IMG/VR virus record: IMGVR_UViG_3300025913_000021
Location: 32,001-96,000 of that record
Reading direction: 5' to 3' (one strand)
Length of the DNA stretch: 64,000 nucleotides
DNA from: a virus
Positions 31,185-42,136 of this stretch are shown here, piece after piece (positions within the stretch are counted from its first letter, which is position 1; the number at the start of each line of letters is the position of its first letter). Both the position numbers and the translations under genes were made by a program. Under the pieces are notes generated by a model that was not told where the DNA came from, did no database searches, and worked only from the letters and a program-made list of their open reading frames with translations.

Positions 31185-32480
31185 AGGGTCCGCCGTCCGG
31201 CGACCCAGCCGCGCTCCAGAGGTGGTGCGAGGACGTGCGCTCACGCAACGAGCGAGAGCGGCAAGACCGCTGGTGGCACGAGATCGCACTCGAACGAGCC
31301 CGTCGCTACTGGGATGACGGCACCGGCTACGGCGCGGAGGTCTGGGATCAGAACATGCCGATCCTCGTGATCGTCGAACTGCCCAGCTAGTATCCGAGCG
31401 AATGTTCCGAATGACCTGACACCCGCCCGCCGATTTTTGGTAGGCCCTGGCCCGAGGAGGCCACATGAAGAAGGACCCGCGAAACAAGAGCGGCTACGAG
31501 AAGGCCGTGCTGCTCGAACTGATCATCGCCCGCGTCTGTGCCTGGGTGCTGTACCTGGCAGTGGTCACCGTCATCGCCCTCGCCGCGAGCGGCATCGCCA
31601 AGATCAGCTTCTGGCAGGGGGTGACGACCTGCCTTGTACTCGCATGGGCTGCCGGGATGTCGGCCCGCTGCGAGTACAAGGCCGAGAAGCAGCTCAAGGA
31701 CATCTGGGAGGCCGACGGCCTGGAGCGGCTGGTGAACGGATGAGACGCCGCCGCGACGAGGCCGAGGAGAAGGTGGACCGCCGCGAGCTGTATCGCACCA
31801 TGTCAGCCGACCTGATGGACGAGGAGGTCAAGCCGTGACCGTTGCCAACGACACGATCAAGGACCTGGACGCAGCGATCAAGCGCTTCGGGACCTACCAG
31901 CTCCACGACAAGGGCGCGTCCGAGGTCATGGACGTGAAGAAGATCGAGCTGCGCCTGTCGCACGCCGGGATCGAGCCCACCATCGAGACGCTCCGTGCGC
32001 TCAGCGCGCACGAGCACGGCCAGCCGCTCGTCCACCACCTGATCATGGTGTTCATCGAGGACGAGGCGTGGCCGGAGCTGACCGACGCACTCGCTGCCGA
32101 CGAGACGCTGCGCGAGGCGTACATCCCGTGGCTCGACGAGGAGGGACAGCCGTGAGCAAGCTGAGCCCGCGCGTGCGCAAGATGTTCGACGAGCTGGACA
32201 GCAACCCACACATCATCGAGCTGGCCCGGCGCGTGCACCCGACGTGGGTCGCGGCCAACGGTCACATGAACGACCTGGGTGTCGAGAAGCTGACCCGCGA
32301 GATCGCACAGTGCATCGCCGCCATCGAGCACGCCCGCGAGGAGGGCGAGGACATGCGGCTGCGCTACGTCATCGGTCACGGCATCGTCGTGACCGCCGGG
32401 GGCCTGGCCGAGGAGAACTACCGCGTCGCCGTCGTCGCAGGCGAGGCATTCGGACTGCGCATGCAGATGGGGGTGGAGTG

Positions 32481-33491
32481 ATGTTCAACGTCATGCTGGC
32501 CGTCAGCGCCCCGGCGACCGAGGAGACCATCGAGCGTCTCCAGGGCACGCACTTCTTCGACCTCAAGATCGACGGCGTGCGCGGCATCATGGCCGTGAAC
32601 AACGGGACGGTGAAGCTCACCAACCGTAACGGCGTGGACATCACCTACCGCTACCCCGAGCTGGTCGCGGCGGCGCTGGAGAAGTTCGGAACGGACGCTC
32701 GTCTGATTCTCGATGGCGAGATCGCCGCCACCGACGAGCGCAACCTGCCCAGCTTCAAGAACACCGCCAAGCGCGACCGGCAGCAGCGCAACAACGTCAT
32801 CGCCGCCCTGGCCGTGAGCATGCCGGTAAACTTCTACGCCTTCGACCTGCTCTACAAGGACGGCGTGGACTTCCGACGGCAGCCGTGGTCGCAGCGCTCG
32901 GCGTTCCTGGACGAGGTAATCGCGGACAGCCCGCCGCACCCGAGGATCGTGCGCAACATCGGTTCGCCCGACGGTGCTCGCATGATGGAGCTGGTCCGGC
33001 AGCACAGGCTGGAGGGTCTGGTCGCCAAGCTGAGCACCGCTCCGTACGAGGCCGGTCGCCGCAGCCAGTGGATCAAGATCAAGCCCACCGAGAGCAGCTC
33101 GTTCCTGGTGACGGGCACGACGACAGGTACCGGCTCGCGCCAGGAGACCTTCGGCGCGCTCAGCTTGGCGGTCGTTCGCGCCGACGGTACGTTGCTCCCC
33201 GTCGGCGAGGTCGGCTCCGGCTTCAAGCAGCGGGACCTGACCGAGGTGCTCGACATCCTCGCGACCGGGGCTGACCTGATCGTGGAGGTCGAGTACCAGG
33301 AGGTCACCGTGGATGGCGCGCTCCGCTTCCCGGTGTTCAAGGGCATCCGCACTGACCTCACCCGTGCCGACGCCAACGAGAGCCAGCTAGGAGCCTCATG
33401 CGTGAACTCAGCGTCGTCCTCGGCGATGTCATCGACGAGCACGTCCACTGCCGCTTCTACCTCAAGAGTGACCACGGTCGCCGGGCTCTAG
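32481..33491 (+). CDS. ATP-dependent DNA ligase (LigC/LigD ligase-domain type)
   Basis: Motif I LKIDGVR, LDGEI, YAFDLL, EGLVAK, WIKIK; OB fold VGSGF...LRFPVFKGIRTD. Confidence 0.92.
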   Translation: MFNVMLAVSAPATEETIERLQGTHFFDLKIDGVRGIMAVNNGTVKLTNRNGVDITYRYPELVAAALEKFGTDARLILDGEIAATDERNLPSFKNTAKRDRQQRNNVIAALAVSMPVNFYAFDLLYKDGVDFRRQPWSQRSAFLDEVIADSPPHPRIVRNIGSPDGARMMELVRQHRLEGLVAKLSTAPYEAGRRSQWIKIKPTESSSFLVTGTTTGTGSRQETFGALSLAVVRADGTLLPVGEVGSGFKQRDLTEVLDILATGADLIVEVEYQEVTVDGALRFPVFKGIRTDLTRADANESQLGASCVNSASSSAMSSTSTSTAASTSRVTTVAGL

Positions 33492-33633
33492 GCAGCCTGG
33501 TCGTGCACTGCACCGAACTCTGGATCATCGAGAACATGATCGAGAGCGCTGCTCGCTCAGCGGAGGTCGGCGCAGTGCTCGACTCGCTCCAGCAGGACGT
33601 GACGTACCGGATCTACACCCCAGGAGGTCCCTG

Positions 33634-33798
33634 ATGTGGCTGGTCGGGCTGCCTGACTACAGCGGCACCAAGCACGCCGTGGTCGGCCCGTTCGAGTCGG
33701 TCGAGGCTGCGCGCAAGTGGGTGATCGACAACGTGATGGGACGCGCGCACTTCATCGTGCCGCTGACCTCGCCCGTCGAGTACCGGCCGCTGACGTGA
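33634..33798 (+). CDS. 54-aa GPF mini-protein (absent from ORF track)
   Basis: CCCAGGAGG RBS; VVGPFESVEAARKW. Confidence 0.65.
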   Translation: MWLVGLPDYSGTKHAVVGPFESVEAARKWVIDNVMGRAHFIVPLTSPVEYRPLT

Positions 33799-34193
33799 GC
33801 ACGGTCGCCACTCCGACTGACGTGAGCCTTGCGCACTGCTCGTGCAGCTCGTGCACTAGGAGGTGGAACGAGTTGAAGTTCACGCGCGGCCACACTCGCG
33901 TCAACGGCCAGTACCAGTGCCCGGGTTACCTCGACCAGGACCGGATGTGCCTGGCCCGCTTCAACACCCCGGGCGGTTTGCGTCGCCACATGAAGAAGCA
34001 GGGGCACGGCGAGCCGTACTTCCGCTACGCCCGTCACCTGTCGAAGGAGTCGCTCACCTGCCAGACCTGCGGCTTCGTGCCGTGGGAGCTGGCGGACAAC
34101 CCGCGCAAGGGACTCGTGGATCACCGACGCAAGCGGCACCGCCTGGAGTACATGCGCGAGCGCAGGCCCTACACGATCGAGGAGGAACCCTAG
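33795..34193 (+). CDS. C2H2 zinc-finger protein ending YTIEEEP
   Basis: C..RFNTPGGLRRHMKKQGH; CQTC..HRRKRH. Confidence 0.7.
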   Translation: MSTVATPTDVSLAHCSCSSCTRRWNELKFTRGHTRVNGQYQCPGYLDQDRMCLARFNTPGGLRRHMKKQGHGEPYFRYARHLSKESLTCQTCGFVPWELADNPRKGLVDHRRKRHRLEYMRERRPYTIEEEP

Positions 34194-34364
34194 ATGATGT
34201 CGCAGTCGCAGTACGACCACCTCAAGGCCAACGAGGAGAAGTTCTTCGAGCTGATGAACGGCGACCACAGCCGCACGCTCGACGAGTACCTGACCGAGTA
34301 CCGCTACCGGGATCGGATCTACGACGAACTGGTTGCCGACATGGGTCTGGAGCCCGTCGAGTAG
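34194..34364 (+). CDS. 56-aa hypothetical protein (absent from ORF track)
   Basis: ATG immediately after the upstream TAG, in frame. Confidence 0.6.
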   Translation: MMSQSQYDHLKANEEKFFELMNGDHSRTLDEYLTEYRYRDRIYDELVADMGLEPVE

Positions 34365-34366
34365 CC

Positions 34367-34684
34367 ATGATCGAACACGGTTCCAACCCCGAGGGTCAGC
34401 ACATCGCTCGCGTCGGGCGGCTCATCCTCATCGTGGAACAGACGCCCGTCTATAACTTCGGGATCGGAGACAAGATCGGCTGGGGTGAGGACCGCGAGCA
34501 CTGGCTCGGCACCATCGTCATCAGCGAGCGAGACACGATCAGCATGGACGGGGACCTGTCCTGGCACCTGGCCTGGGTGAAGGATGGAGACCCTGCTACG
34601 AAGTACCACTGGCGGGGACGGACCACGGTTCGGGACACCCGCTGGTTTCCCGACGACGTGTACGAGATCGAAGAAGTGCCATAA
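34367..34684 (+). CDS. hypothetical protein ending YEIEEVP
   Basis: C-terminal tag; TAA stop. Confidence 0.65.
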   Translation: MIEHGSNPEGQHIARVGRLILIVEQTPVYNFGIGDKIGWGEDREHWLGTIVISERDTISMDGDLSWHLAWVKDGDPATKYHWRGRTTVRDTRWFPDDVYEIEEVP

Positions 34685-34749
34685 CCGAACAAGCACAGCT
34701 ACACTGACTCCACTCGCGGGGAGACCCGCCCAAGCCCAGGAGGCTCAGC

Positions 34750-35775
34750 ATGACCGTGAAGAACTACGCCGACGCCGCAGCCAAGCTGCCGGACGGCTAC
34801 TTCCTCGGCCAGATCGTGTCGTTCACGATCACCGAGGCCGACGTGAACCTGGACGATCTGCGCAAGCAGATCAACGACCTGGGTCTGCGTGACGAGACCC
34901 TCAAGAAGCGGCTCCGTCCGATCGACGCCTTCAAGAAGGCGTGCAACGACGTGGCCACGAAGTTCACCAAGACGGTGGACGCGCAGCACTCCTTCATGGT
35001 CCGGCCGGTCGGCCAGGACGCACAGGAGAGCCACCGGCACATCGTGTTCGAGCGCGCGATCTTCAAGACCGGCCAGAAGCGTCGCGTCGTGCACGACACC
35101 GTGTTGAAGCTGATCTACAACCGGGGCTACCGGGACAAGGACAGCAACGTGGTGGACGACGGCATCTACGTCGAGCCGGTGTACGTGCCGGGCCTGAGCC
35201 TCACCGCCGAGGAGCAGGGCTGGCTCGACACCCAGGTCGGCGAGGAGGGCGTGCACCTCAAGGACCGCTACGAGCACTACTCGACGCATCTGGACAGCCA
35301 CGGCGTCCGGACGTTCGTGCGCGAGTACCTCTACATGCTCGGCGCGATCAACGTGAAGGGCAACGGCGGCGGGCTGTACTTCGTGCAGCAGAAGCACGTC
35401 GAGGAGCTGCGCGACCTGGCCTCGCTCGTCAAGGGGATCGGCTCGCAGATGCACCTCATCCCGTTGCTCGACATCGTGGACCAGCGTGACATGCTGGCCG
35501 AGGCGTTCATCGCCGACACGATGGACGAGATCCGGGCGCAGTCCGTCGAGATCGGCAAGATCCTCAAGGACCCGACCCGCACCATCACCGAGGCAACCTA
35601 TGACGCCTACGCGGCGAAGGCGGCTGCGCTGATCGAGAAGGCGCGCGAGTACCACCAGTTGCTCGACCGCAACCTCGACACGGCGAACTTCGAGCTGGAC
35701 ATCTTCACGAAGAAAACGCTCAAGCTCACCAAGCGCATCCGCCGCCCGAAGTCGCTGGGCGATGGAGGTAAGTAA
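34750..35775 (+). CDS. hypothetical protein, possibly DUF6744/DUF3150-like
   Basis: CCCAGGAGG RBS; LGQIVSFTI, DAFKKAC, GGLYFV; family call from memory. Confidence 0.5.
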   Translation: MTVKNYADAAAKLPDGYFLGQIVSFTITEADVNLDDLRKQINDLGLRDETLKKRLRPIDAFKKACNDVATKFTKTVDAQHSFMVRPVGQDAQESHRHIVFERAIFKTGQKRRVVHDTVLKLIYNRGYRDKDSNVVDDGIYVEPVYVPGLSLTAEEQGWLDTQVGEEGVHLKDRYEHYSTHLDSHGVRTFVREYLYMLGAINVKGNGGGLYFVQQKHVEELRDLASLVKGIGSQMHLIPLLDIVDQRDMLAEAFIADTMDEIRAQSVEIGKILKDPTRTITEATYDAYAAKAAALIEKAREYHQLLDRNLDTANFELDIFTKKTLKLTKRIRRPKSLGDGGK

Positions 35776-36063
35776 CCATGTCGAGCACCGCGTCCCGCGC
35801 GCCCGCCGATTCCGACGGGCGTGTGGGACGCCGACCTGCCCCTATCCGTAGCGACCCGCACTTGTTCCGGCGCGACAAGAACGGGATGGTCAAGCTCAAG
35901 ATCAACCTCTCGCCGGAGGAAGCAGCTCTGATCGAGGAGGCTGCCAACGGCACGCCCCTGATGGTGTACGTCCATCGCGTACTGATCGACCGCGCCCGGT
36001 TCCACGCCCGGCGCTCCATTCAAGACGCTGCTCCCGAGGAGTAGCCCCGGCCCAAGGAGGCCA

Positions 36064-36627
36064 ATGGACGACATCGAGAGACTGTTCGCCGACATCACAC
36101 CGGAGGACTTCCACCGAGACACCAGTGCCATCGGAGACCTGCGACTCGGCCCGCCGCACGACGAGCTGTTCGACCGCTTCGTGGACGACCTCGTGTTCCT
36201 GGCAAAGGAACGGGCGTCCAAAGACGGTGAGTTCAACCCGTTCGCCGTGCTGCGCAGCGAGGACCGACAGCGAGTGTTCCTCGCCGACGGCGACGAGACG
36301 CCCGACGCCTGGGCCGCTCGCCTGCACCGCGAGGCGAGTGCCATGCAGGCCGTGTGGTTCTACGTCGCCCTGCTCTCACCCGGCCGCGTGTACGAGGGCG
36401 ACCGACCCGACACGATCGAGCGCACCGAGCAGGCGATCGACGCCGCTCTGGATGACGGTCGCCTCAGTCTCGGGCTCGCATGGCTGGCCGCTCGCATCGA
36501 CGGCACGACTCGCGCTGGACTGATCGACATCATGGCCGACGGCAAGCCCGGCGACTGCACCGAGGGCGCGCTCGACGCCGACGACAACCCGTTCGTGACC
36601 GTGCTGGGAGGTGACCGTGCTCTCTGA
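36064..36627 (+). CDS. hypothetical protein
   Basis: AAGGAGG RBS. Confidence 0.7.
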   Translation: MDDIERLFADITPEDFHRDTSAIGDLRLGPPHDELFDRFVDDLVFLAKERASKDGEFNPFAVLRSEDRQRVFLADGDETPDAWAARLHREASAMQAVWFYVALLSPGRVYEGDRPDTIERTEQAIDAALDDGRLSLGLAWLAARIDGTTRAGLIDIMADGKPGDCTEGALDADDNPFVTVLGGDRAL

Positions 36628-37129
36628 GGAGCAGGTCAGAGAGATCTTCTACGAGTACCTGCCCACGTCGATCGGCGTGATGACCATCGACCGCGACACG
36701 TTCGTGGGGCAGGCACGCAACCACCCCTACGTCGGGCTCCAGATTCAGATGGGCGTCTACACCGAGGAGAACCTGGCGCAGGACTTCCTGTCCCCGGCTC
36801 GTGCCCATCCGCAGGTCCCGCTCCAGGTGATCTGCATGGAGGTGTTCGAGGCGATCCTCGAAGGCATCCCCGACGAGATCGCGGCCGACTACGTGCGGCA
36901 CGTAGCCGCGCACGAGGCGCACCACTTCCACACCCACCACGAGCCGGTCAGTGCTGCCGACCATGCACGCAACGAGCTGTCCTGCGTGACCGCGCTCAAG
37001 GAGAAGCACCCGGAGCTGGACAAGGCCGTGCAGTACGTCGAGACCAACTCGCCGGTCTACCGACGGGTGTACGGCCGTCTGGATGAGATCAAGAAGAACC
37101 TCCAGCAAGCAGGAAGGACGAAGCAATGA
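36611..37129 (+). CDS. HExxH-containing protein (possible metallopeptidase)
   Basis: HVAAHEAHHFH...E. Confidence 0.5.
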   Translation: MTVLSEEQVREIFYEYLPTSIGVMTIDRDTFVGQARNHPYVGLQIQMGVYTEENLAQDFLSPARAHPQVPLQVICMEVFEAILEGIPDEIAADYVRHVAAHEAHHFHTHHEPVSAADHARNELSCVTALKEKHPELDKAVQYVETNSPVYRRVYGRLDEIKKNLQQAGRTKQ

Positions 37130-37359
37130 GCGAACCGCATCCGCTCTACCCGGAGCGTCACGTCAAGACGATCACCGTCCGTGGCGTGGACATGCCGGGC
37201 CTGTTCACGGGCCCGGCAGCGATTTGGACGGGCGGCAGTTCTCCTCGGGTCATCGGCCCGTTCGAGGACGTGCTGGCCGCGCAGCAGTACATGGCTCGCA
37301 GCCCGCACGCCAGCACCGGCCAGGTGTTCCCCATCGACCCACCGGAGGTGACCGCGTGA
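37126..37359 (+). CDS. GPF mini-domain protein
   Basis: VIGPFEDVLAAQQY. Confidence 0.65.
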   Translation: MSEPHPLYPERHVKTITVRGVDMPGLFTGPAAIWTGGSSPRVIGPFEDVLAAQQYMARSPHASTGQVFPIDPPEVTA

Positions 37360-37679
37360 CCACGCACCGTGTCGCGGACGAGATCGAGACCGACGAGGAC
37401 ATGCCCAGCCCGCGCGAGCAGGTCGAGGCCCTGGCCAAGACCGGAGCGAGCGTGTCTGCGGCCTGGGTGCTCCAGAACCTGGAGGCGATCGTCGGGGACC
37501 GCTTCGACCTGCCACGGCTGGCGCTCTCACCGCTCGCTCCCGAGGACGAGTACCTGTCCAGGGAGGCGGACGAGATCGCGCGGAGGAAGGCGCGGGAGCA
37601 GGCGCTCAAGCCCGCGCCCGGGGCCAAGCCCGTTCGCAACGGCTCGAAGGACATCACCGTCACCTGACGGGAGGTCACC

Positions 37680-38783
37680 ATGCACACCATGCCGATCCCG
37701 GTCATCCCGCTCTCGATGTTCGAGCCCGAGCGGGATGCACCGGGCGACACCTTCAACTCGACGTTCGTCGAGGTGCCCGATCGGATCACGGTGGAGATCG
37801 CTCCGCCGCCCGTCGAGCACTTCGTCAACTCGTCCGAGGTCGCACCGCGCTACGTCGAGAACTGGGACGCCTTCATCGGCCAGGAGGCGGTCAAGGACGA
37901 GCTGAGCGTCTACATCGACGCACACTTCACCAACTGCGAGCGCCTGCCGCACATCCTGCTCGCGGCGACGACGCCCGGTACCGGCAAGACCACGCTGGCC
38001 CGATGCATCGCCGACGAGATCGAGCAGCGCATCGTCATGCTCGTGCCGCCCTTCAAGCCGGAGGCGCTGTACGAGGCGGCGATGTCGATGAAGGAGTTCG
38101 AGATCCTGTTCGTCGATGAGCTTCACCGGCTCGGCGAGCACGGTCCCGCAGCGGCCGAGAACCTCCTGCACATGCTGGAGGAGCACGTCCTGTACCTCAA
38201 CGGCCAGGTGATCGGGCTGGAGGACTTCACCTTCATCGGTGCCACCACTGACGCTGACAAGCTGCCCGAGGCGGTGCTGGATCGGTTCCCGGTGCAGCCG
38301 TTCTTCGAGCCGTACAGCCACGCCGACATGGTGCGGATCGTGCACAACTTCTGCCGCTACTACCACGTCACGCTGCTGCCCGGCACGATGGTGACCCTGG
38401 CCAAGGCGAGCAGGGGCACGCCTCGTATCGCACGTGGCCTGGTCGAGGGTGCGAAGGCACTCCAGACGGCTCGCGGTCGTGCGGTCACGGGCGAGGAAGT
38501 CCTGGCGTGGAAGCGCTACGACCCGGACGGCATGACCCGCCAGCACAAGAACTACGTGCTGGTGCTCTACCAGCTCTGCGCTCAGCCGGGCAAGAACGGC
38601 ATCGAGTACCGGGCTGGCGAGGAGACGATCGGGACGCTGCTGCGCGAGGGCAAGCGCGGCGTCGCCCGCATCGAGCGCTTCCTCATCGAGAAGGGCTTCA
38701 TCATCAAGAGCGGTCGCGGTCGGGTGCTCACCCAGCGTGGCATCATGGCCGCTCGCCGCTACGAGCAGGAGGGATTCCGATGA
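37680..38783 (+). CDS. ruvB: RuvB-like Holliday junction branch-migration ATPase
   Basis: FIGQ, PGTGKTTLA, LFVDELHRL, FIGATT, LDRF, SRGTPRIA, C-terminal IERFLIEKGFIIKSGRGR. Confidence 0.88.
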   Translation: MHTMPIPVIPLSMFEPERDAPGDTFNSTFVEVPDRITVEIAPPPVEHFVNSSEVAPRYVENWDAFIGQEAVKDELSVYIDAHFTNCERLPHILLAATTPGTGKTTLARCIADEIEQRIVMLVPPFKPEALYEAAMSMKEFEILFVDELHRLGEHGPAAAENLLHMLEEHVLYLNGQVIGLEDFTFIGATTDADKLPEAVLDRFPVQPFFEPYSHADMVRIVHNFCRYYHVTLLPGTMVTLAKASRGTPRIARGLVEGAKALQTARGRAVTGEEVLAWKRYDPDGMTRQHKNYVLVLYQLCAQPGKNGIEYRAGEETIGTLLREGKRGVARIERFLIEKGFIIKSGRGRVLTQRGIMAARRYEQEGFR

Positions 38784-39121
38784 TCGTCCAGCGCAAGGTC
38801 TGCGACCTGTGCTACCACCGCGACGGCGACGAGGGCGTGGACGCGATCGTCACGCGCACCGTGACGGTGGACAAGCGCACGGTCGAACTGGACCTGTGCG
38901 GTCCCGACGACGCCGTGCTGAGTCAGGGCGTGGCCATGTTCTTCGAGGCCGGTCGCCGGGCGCGCAGCAAGCGCCCGGCCCAGCCGAAGGAACCGCCCAC
39001 GCCGTTGCCCGTCGAGGAGCCGACCTGCTCCTGCGGACGCACCTTCGGCACGCAGCGTGGCCTGAACCGGCACATCACTGCGTGCCAGGACGGCGACGAG
39101 ATCCACCGGGTCGCTGCCTGA
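38780..39121 (+). CDS. Lsr2-like dimerisation domain fused to a zinc finger
   Basis: TVTVDKRTVELDL...FEAGRR resembles the Lsr2 N-terminal domain; CSCGRTFGTQRGLNRH. Confidence 0.65.
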   Translation: MIVQRKVCDLCYHRDGDEGVDAIVTRTVTVDKRTVELDLCGPDDAVLSQGVAMFFEAGRRARSKRPAQPKEPPTPLPVEEPTCSCGRTFGTQRGLNRHITACQDGDEIHRVAA

Positions 39122-39863
39122 TGCCCCGCATCGACGAAATGTGGGCATGGGTGTCCTCGGACGAGGGCGGCGAGGGTGTCCTCGCCGCCCCGATCCCGGG
39201 GCTCGGCAACATGCCGCTGGTCGGTGCCGACCGAGCCCGCATGCTCTCCTACGCGGGCATCGCCCGGCAGATGGCGAACATGTTCGGAGTCGAGGTCAAG
39301 CTGGTCCGCTTCACGACCCGCGTGGACGTGGAACGGATCACCCCGGAGGTCGTGACGGCGGACCTGCCGCCCATGCCGGAGGGGATGCCCGCTCGCATGG
39401 AGGAAGCGATCACCAACGCCGCCCGCGAGGCGACACGGAGGGAGCACGATGAGCGCCCAGAGTGACAAACAGATCCGGGTCGCCGTTGCCGACGCGCAGC
39501 AGCGCCTACGGACCCTGCTCGACCGCTTCGCCCCGCCCGGTGCGAGCTGGGAGGACTACCCGTCGATGAACGCGGACTTTCTCCAGCACCTCAAGTACGA
39601 CCTCGTGAACCTGTCCCTAGCGATCGAGTCCCGCATCCAGGAACTCGCGCCGTGGGAACCGATCGAGTTCGGCACGACGTACTCGCCGATCGAGACCAAC
39701 GTCCAGGCTCCCCCGTCGTGAGCATCGAGGAGGACTGGATCAAGGAGCCATGCTCGTTCTGTGGTGCCGCTCCGAACCAGCCGTGCATGGGGCCGGGCGG
39801 TCGCCGTGCACGTGAAACCCACTCCGCCCGTGTCCTGCTAGCGAAAGCCAAGAAGGGAAACCG

Positions 39864-40631
39864 ATGAGCATCAGTTTGGAAAAGCGCGTCGAGGCCGCCG
39901 CCGTCTCGCTCCAGAAGATCGCGGCCGACAGCAAGATCGACCTCGGTGACGTGTGCGCCCAGGTCGATGTCGCGATCGACTACTCCGGCTCGATGGGTGG
40001 GCGGTACCCACACGAAGTGCAGGAGGCGGTCGAGCGGATGCTCGCGCTGACCCTCACCGGCCTGGACGACGACGGCGTGGTGCCGATCTACCCGTTCAGC
40101 AACAAGCTGCACGACGCCGACGACCTGACCGCCGCGAACTACGTCGGCTGGGTCGAGCGGTTCTGCCAGCGCAACCGCATGGGCGGCACCGCCTACGTGC
40201 CATTCCTGGAGAAGATGCTCGGCAAGAAGAAGCGCTTCGGCGGCAGCAACGAGAAGGACCAGCCGCCGTTCTTCCACATCGTGTTCACCGACGGCGAGCC
40301 GACCGACTCCAAGCGGTCGATCGAGAAGCACATCGTCGAGGCGCGCGAGCGGCCGCACTTCATCCAGTTCGTGCTGCTCGGCCGCGACCCGGAGGGCCGG
40401 GCGTACCTGGAGCACCTCAACAACCACCTCACGCAGCCGGACCCGAAGAACTGCCGCACGTGCAAGGAGCTGGGCACGCAGGCGGCAACGGCGGGCATCG
40501 ACAACGTGGGTCTGACGGTCTACGCCGACCGCCCGCCGACCGACGACACCGGCTTCTTCAACGACACCATCCGGGAGTTCTTCCTGGACTGGCTGCCCGC
40601 TGCTCGCCAGAAGGGCTACACCACGCGGTGA
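39864..40631 (+). CDS. VWA domain protein (TerF-associated type)
   Basis: IDYSGSM, LDDDG, MGGTAY, VFTDGEP, FIQFV, IDNVG. Confidence 0.8.
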   Translation: MSISLEKRVEAAAVSLQKIAADSKIDLGDVCAQVDVAIDYSGSMGGRYPHEVQEAVERMLALTLTGLDDDGVVPIYPFSNKLHDADDLTAANYVGWVERFCQRNRMGGTAYVPFLEKMLGKKKRFGGSNEKDQPPFFHIVFTDGEPTDSKRSIEKHIVEARERPHFIQFVLLGRDPEGRAYLEHLNNHLTQPDPKNCRTCKELGTQAATAGIDNVGLTVYADRPPTDDTGFFNDTIREFFLDWLPAARQKGYTTR

Positions 40632-41581
40632 GCTGGACGGACGAGTACCGCGCCAAGGTGCGCGAGTTCATCGAGGGCAAGGGCCGGAAGGTGCAGGTCG
40701 AGGAGAAGCGCTTCGAGTGGGAGCGCGACGACGAGGCCAACGTCTACGGCTGGGTGGACTACGAAGCGCAGGACCACATCCGCGAGGGCTGCCGATGGAT
40801 CGTGCCCGAGGGTGCGGTCATGTACGAGCGCACCTACTCGCAGTTCCAGGACACCTTCACCGAGAACAGCGAGGACCACGGCGTCAACGTGCGAGGCGCT
40901 CGCTGCGCCTGCGGCAAGTACACCGACGTGATCCTGCGCTGGGACGGTTCCGTGACCGACATGCTGCACACGATCCTGGGACTTCCAACGAGCACGAACG
41001 TGGAGGTCGAGCTGTGACTGATCCATCCCTGCCCCCGCCCTACGTCCCGGTCGAGCTGACCGACGTGGAGCTGGCCTTCCCGGCACACGGGCTGCGGCTC
41101 ATGCCCGAGCGCGGCACCTTCGAACGCAAGCCCGACTGGGAGGCACTGGCCAAGAACTGGTTCGGCAACGAGGTCAAGGACATCAACCTGCTCGGCAGCC
41201 TGTTCATGGCCGAGCACGACTTCGATCCCGAGAAGGCGTGGCGTCACCTGCGGGCGATCATGGGCAGCTTCGAGCCCAAGCACGAGCACAAGATCGAGGC
41301 CGTCGGCTTCCTGCTGGGCACGTGGTTCCGGTGGTGTCAGTGGACCACCGAGGACGGCGTGCAGCACGAGGTCGGCGACAAGCGACTGCCGAAGCTGCCG
41401 GTGTAGCGATGCACATCGCAGGCGAGTGGGGCACGAAGATCAACCTGCACGACACCGAGCATGACGTGGAGCTGGGGTTCGTCGAACCGCAGTGCCCCAC
41501 TCGCCTGTACCGGATCTCCTACCGCGACGCGGAGCAACTGCGCGACGCGCTCGACACGATCCTCACCAACCGAAGGAAGCC

Positions 41582-41995
41582 ATGAGCAAACTGCCGCGCA
41601 AGCGGCCCTGCGCCTCGTGTCCGTACCGCCGCGACGTGCCGTCCGGCGTGTGGTCCGAGGGAGAGTACGTGAAGCTGCCGAGCTACGACGGCGAGATCAC
41701 AGACCAGATCGAGAACGGCGGGATGGCCACCTTCGGGTGCCACCAGGCCGACGGCCACCTGTGTGCAGGGTGGGTCGGTCACCGCGACCCATACGAGCTG
41801 ATCGCCCTGCGCCTCGCGGTCGGCAGCGGCCACGTGGACGAGGCGGTGTTCGACTACAAAACGGACGTGCCTCTGTTTTCCTCCGGCCAGGAGGCGTGCG
41901 ATCACGGCATGGCGGAGATCGACGCGCCCGGCGAGAAGGCCGACCGGATCATCCGCAAGCTGCTAGAGCACGTGCCGGGGACCTCCCTTGGCTAG
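41582..41995 (+). CDS. Cys-motif protein (DUF6283-like), paralogue 1
   Basis: PCASCPYRRD, FGCH, CAGW. Confidence 0.7.
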   Translation: MSKLPRKRPCASCPYRRDVPSGVWSEGEYVKLPSYDGEITDQIENGGMATFGCHQADGHLCAGWVGHRDPYELIALRLAVGSGHVDEAVFDYKTDVPLFSSGQEACDHGMAEIDAPGEKADRIIRKLLEHVPGTSLG

Positions 41996-42136
41996 GGAGC
42001 TGCTCAAGCCGACCCGGTGGATGCGGCTGCGTCACGCCGTCCATCTGTGGTGGAACAAGTCGCGCTTCAACAGCGGCTACGACCCGTTCATCAGCGACTG
42101 TCTCTGCTGCTGCTCACGATGTGAGGAGATCTACGA

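Noticed and set aside
33398-33491. Ser/Thr-rich ligase C-terminal extension as a functional domain
   Set aside because: It is most likely an alternate-frame overlap with the next gene (33398-33634).
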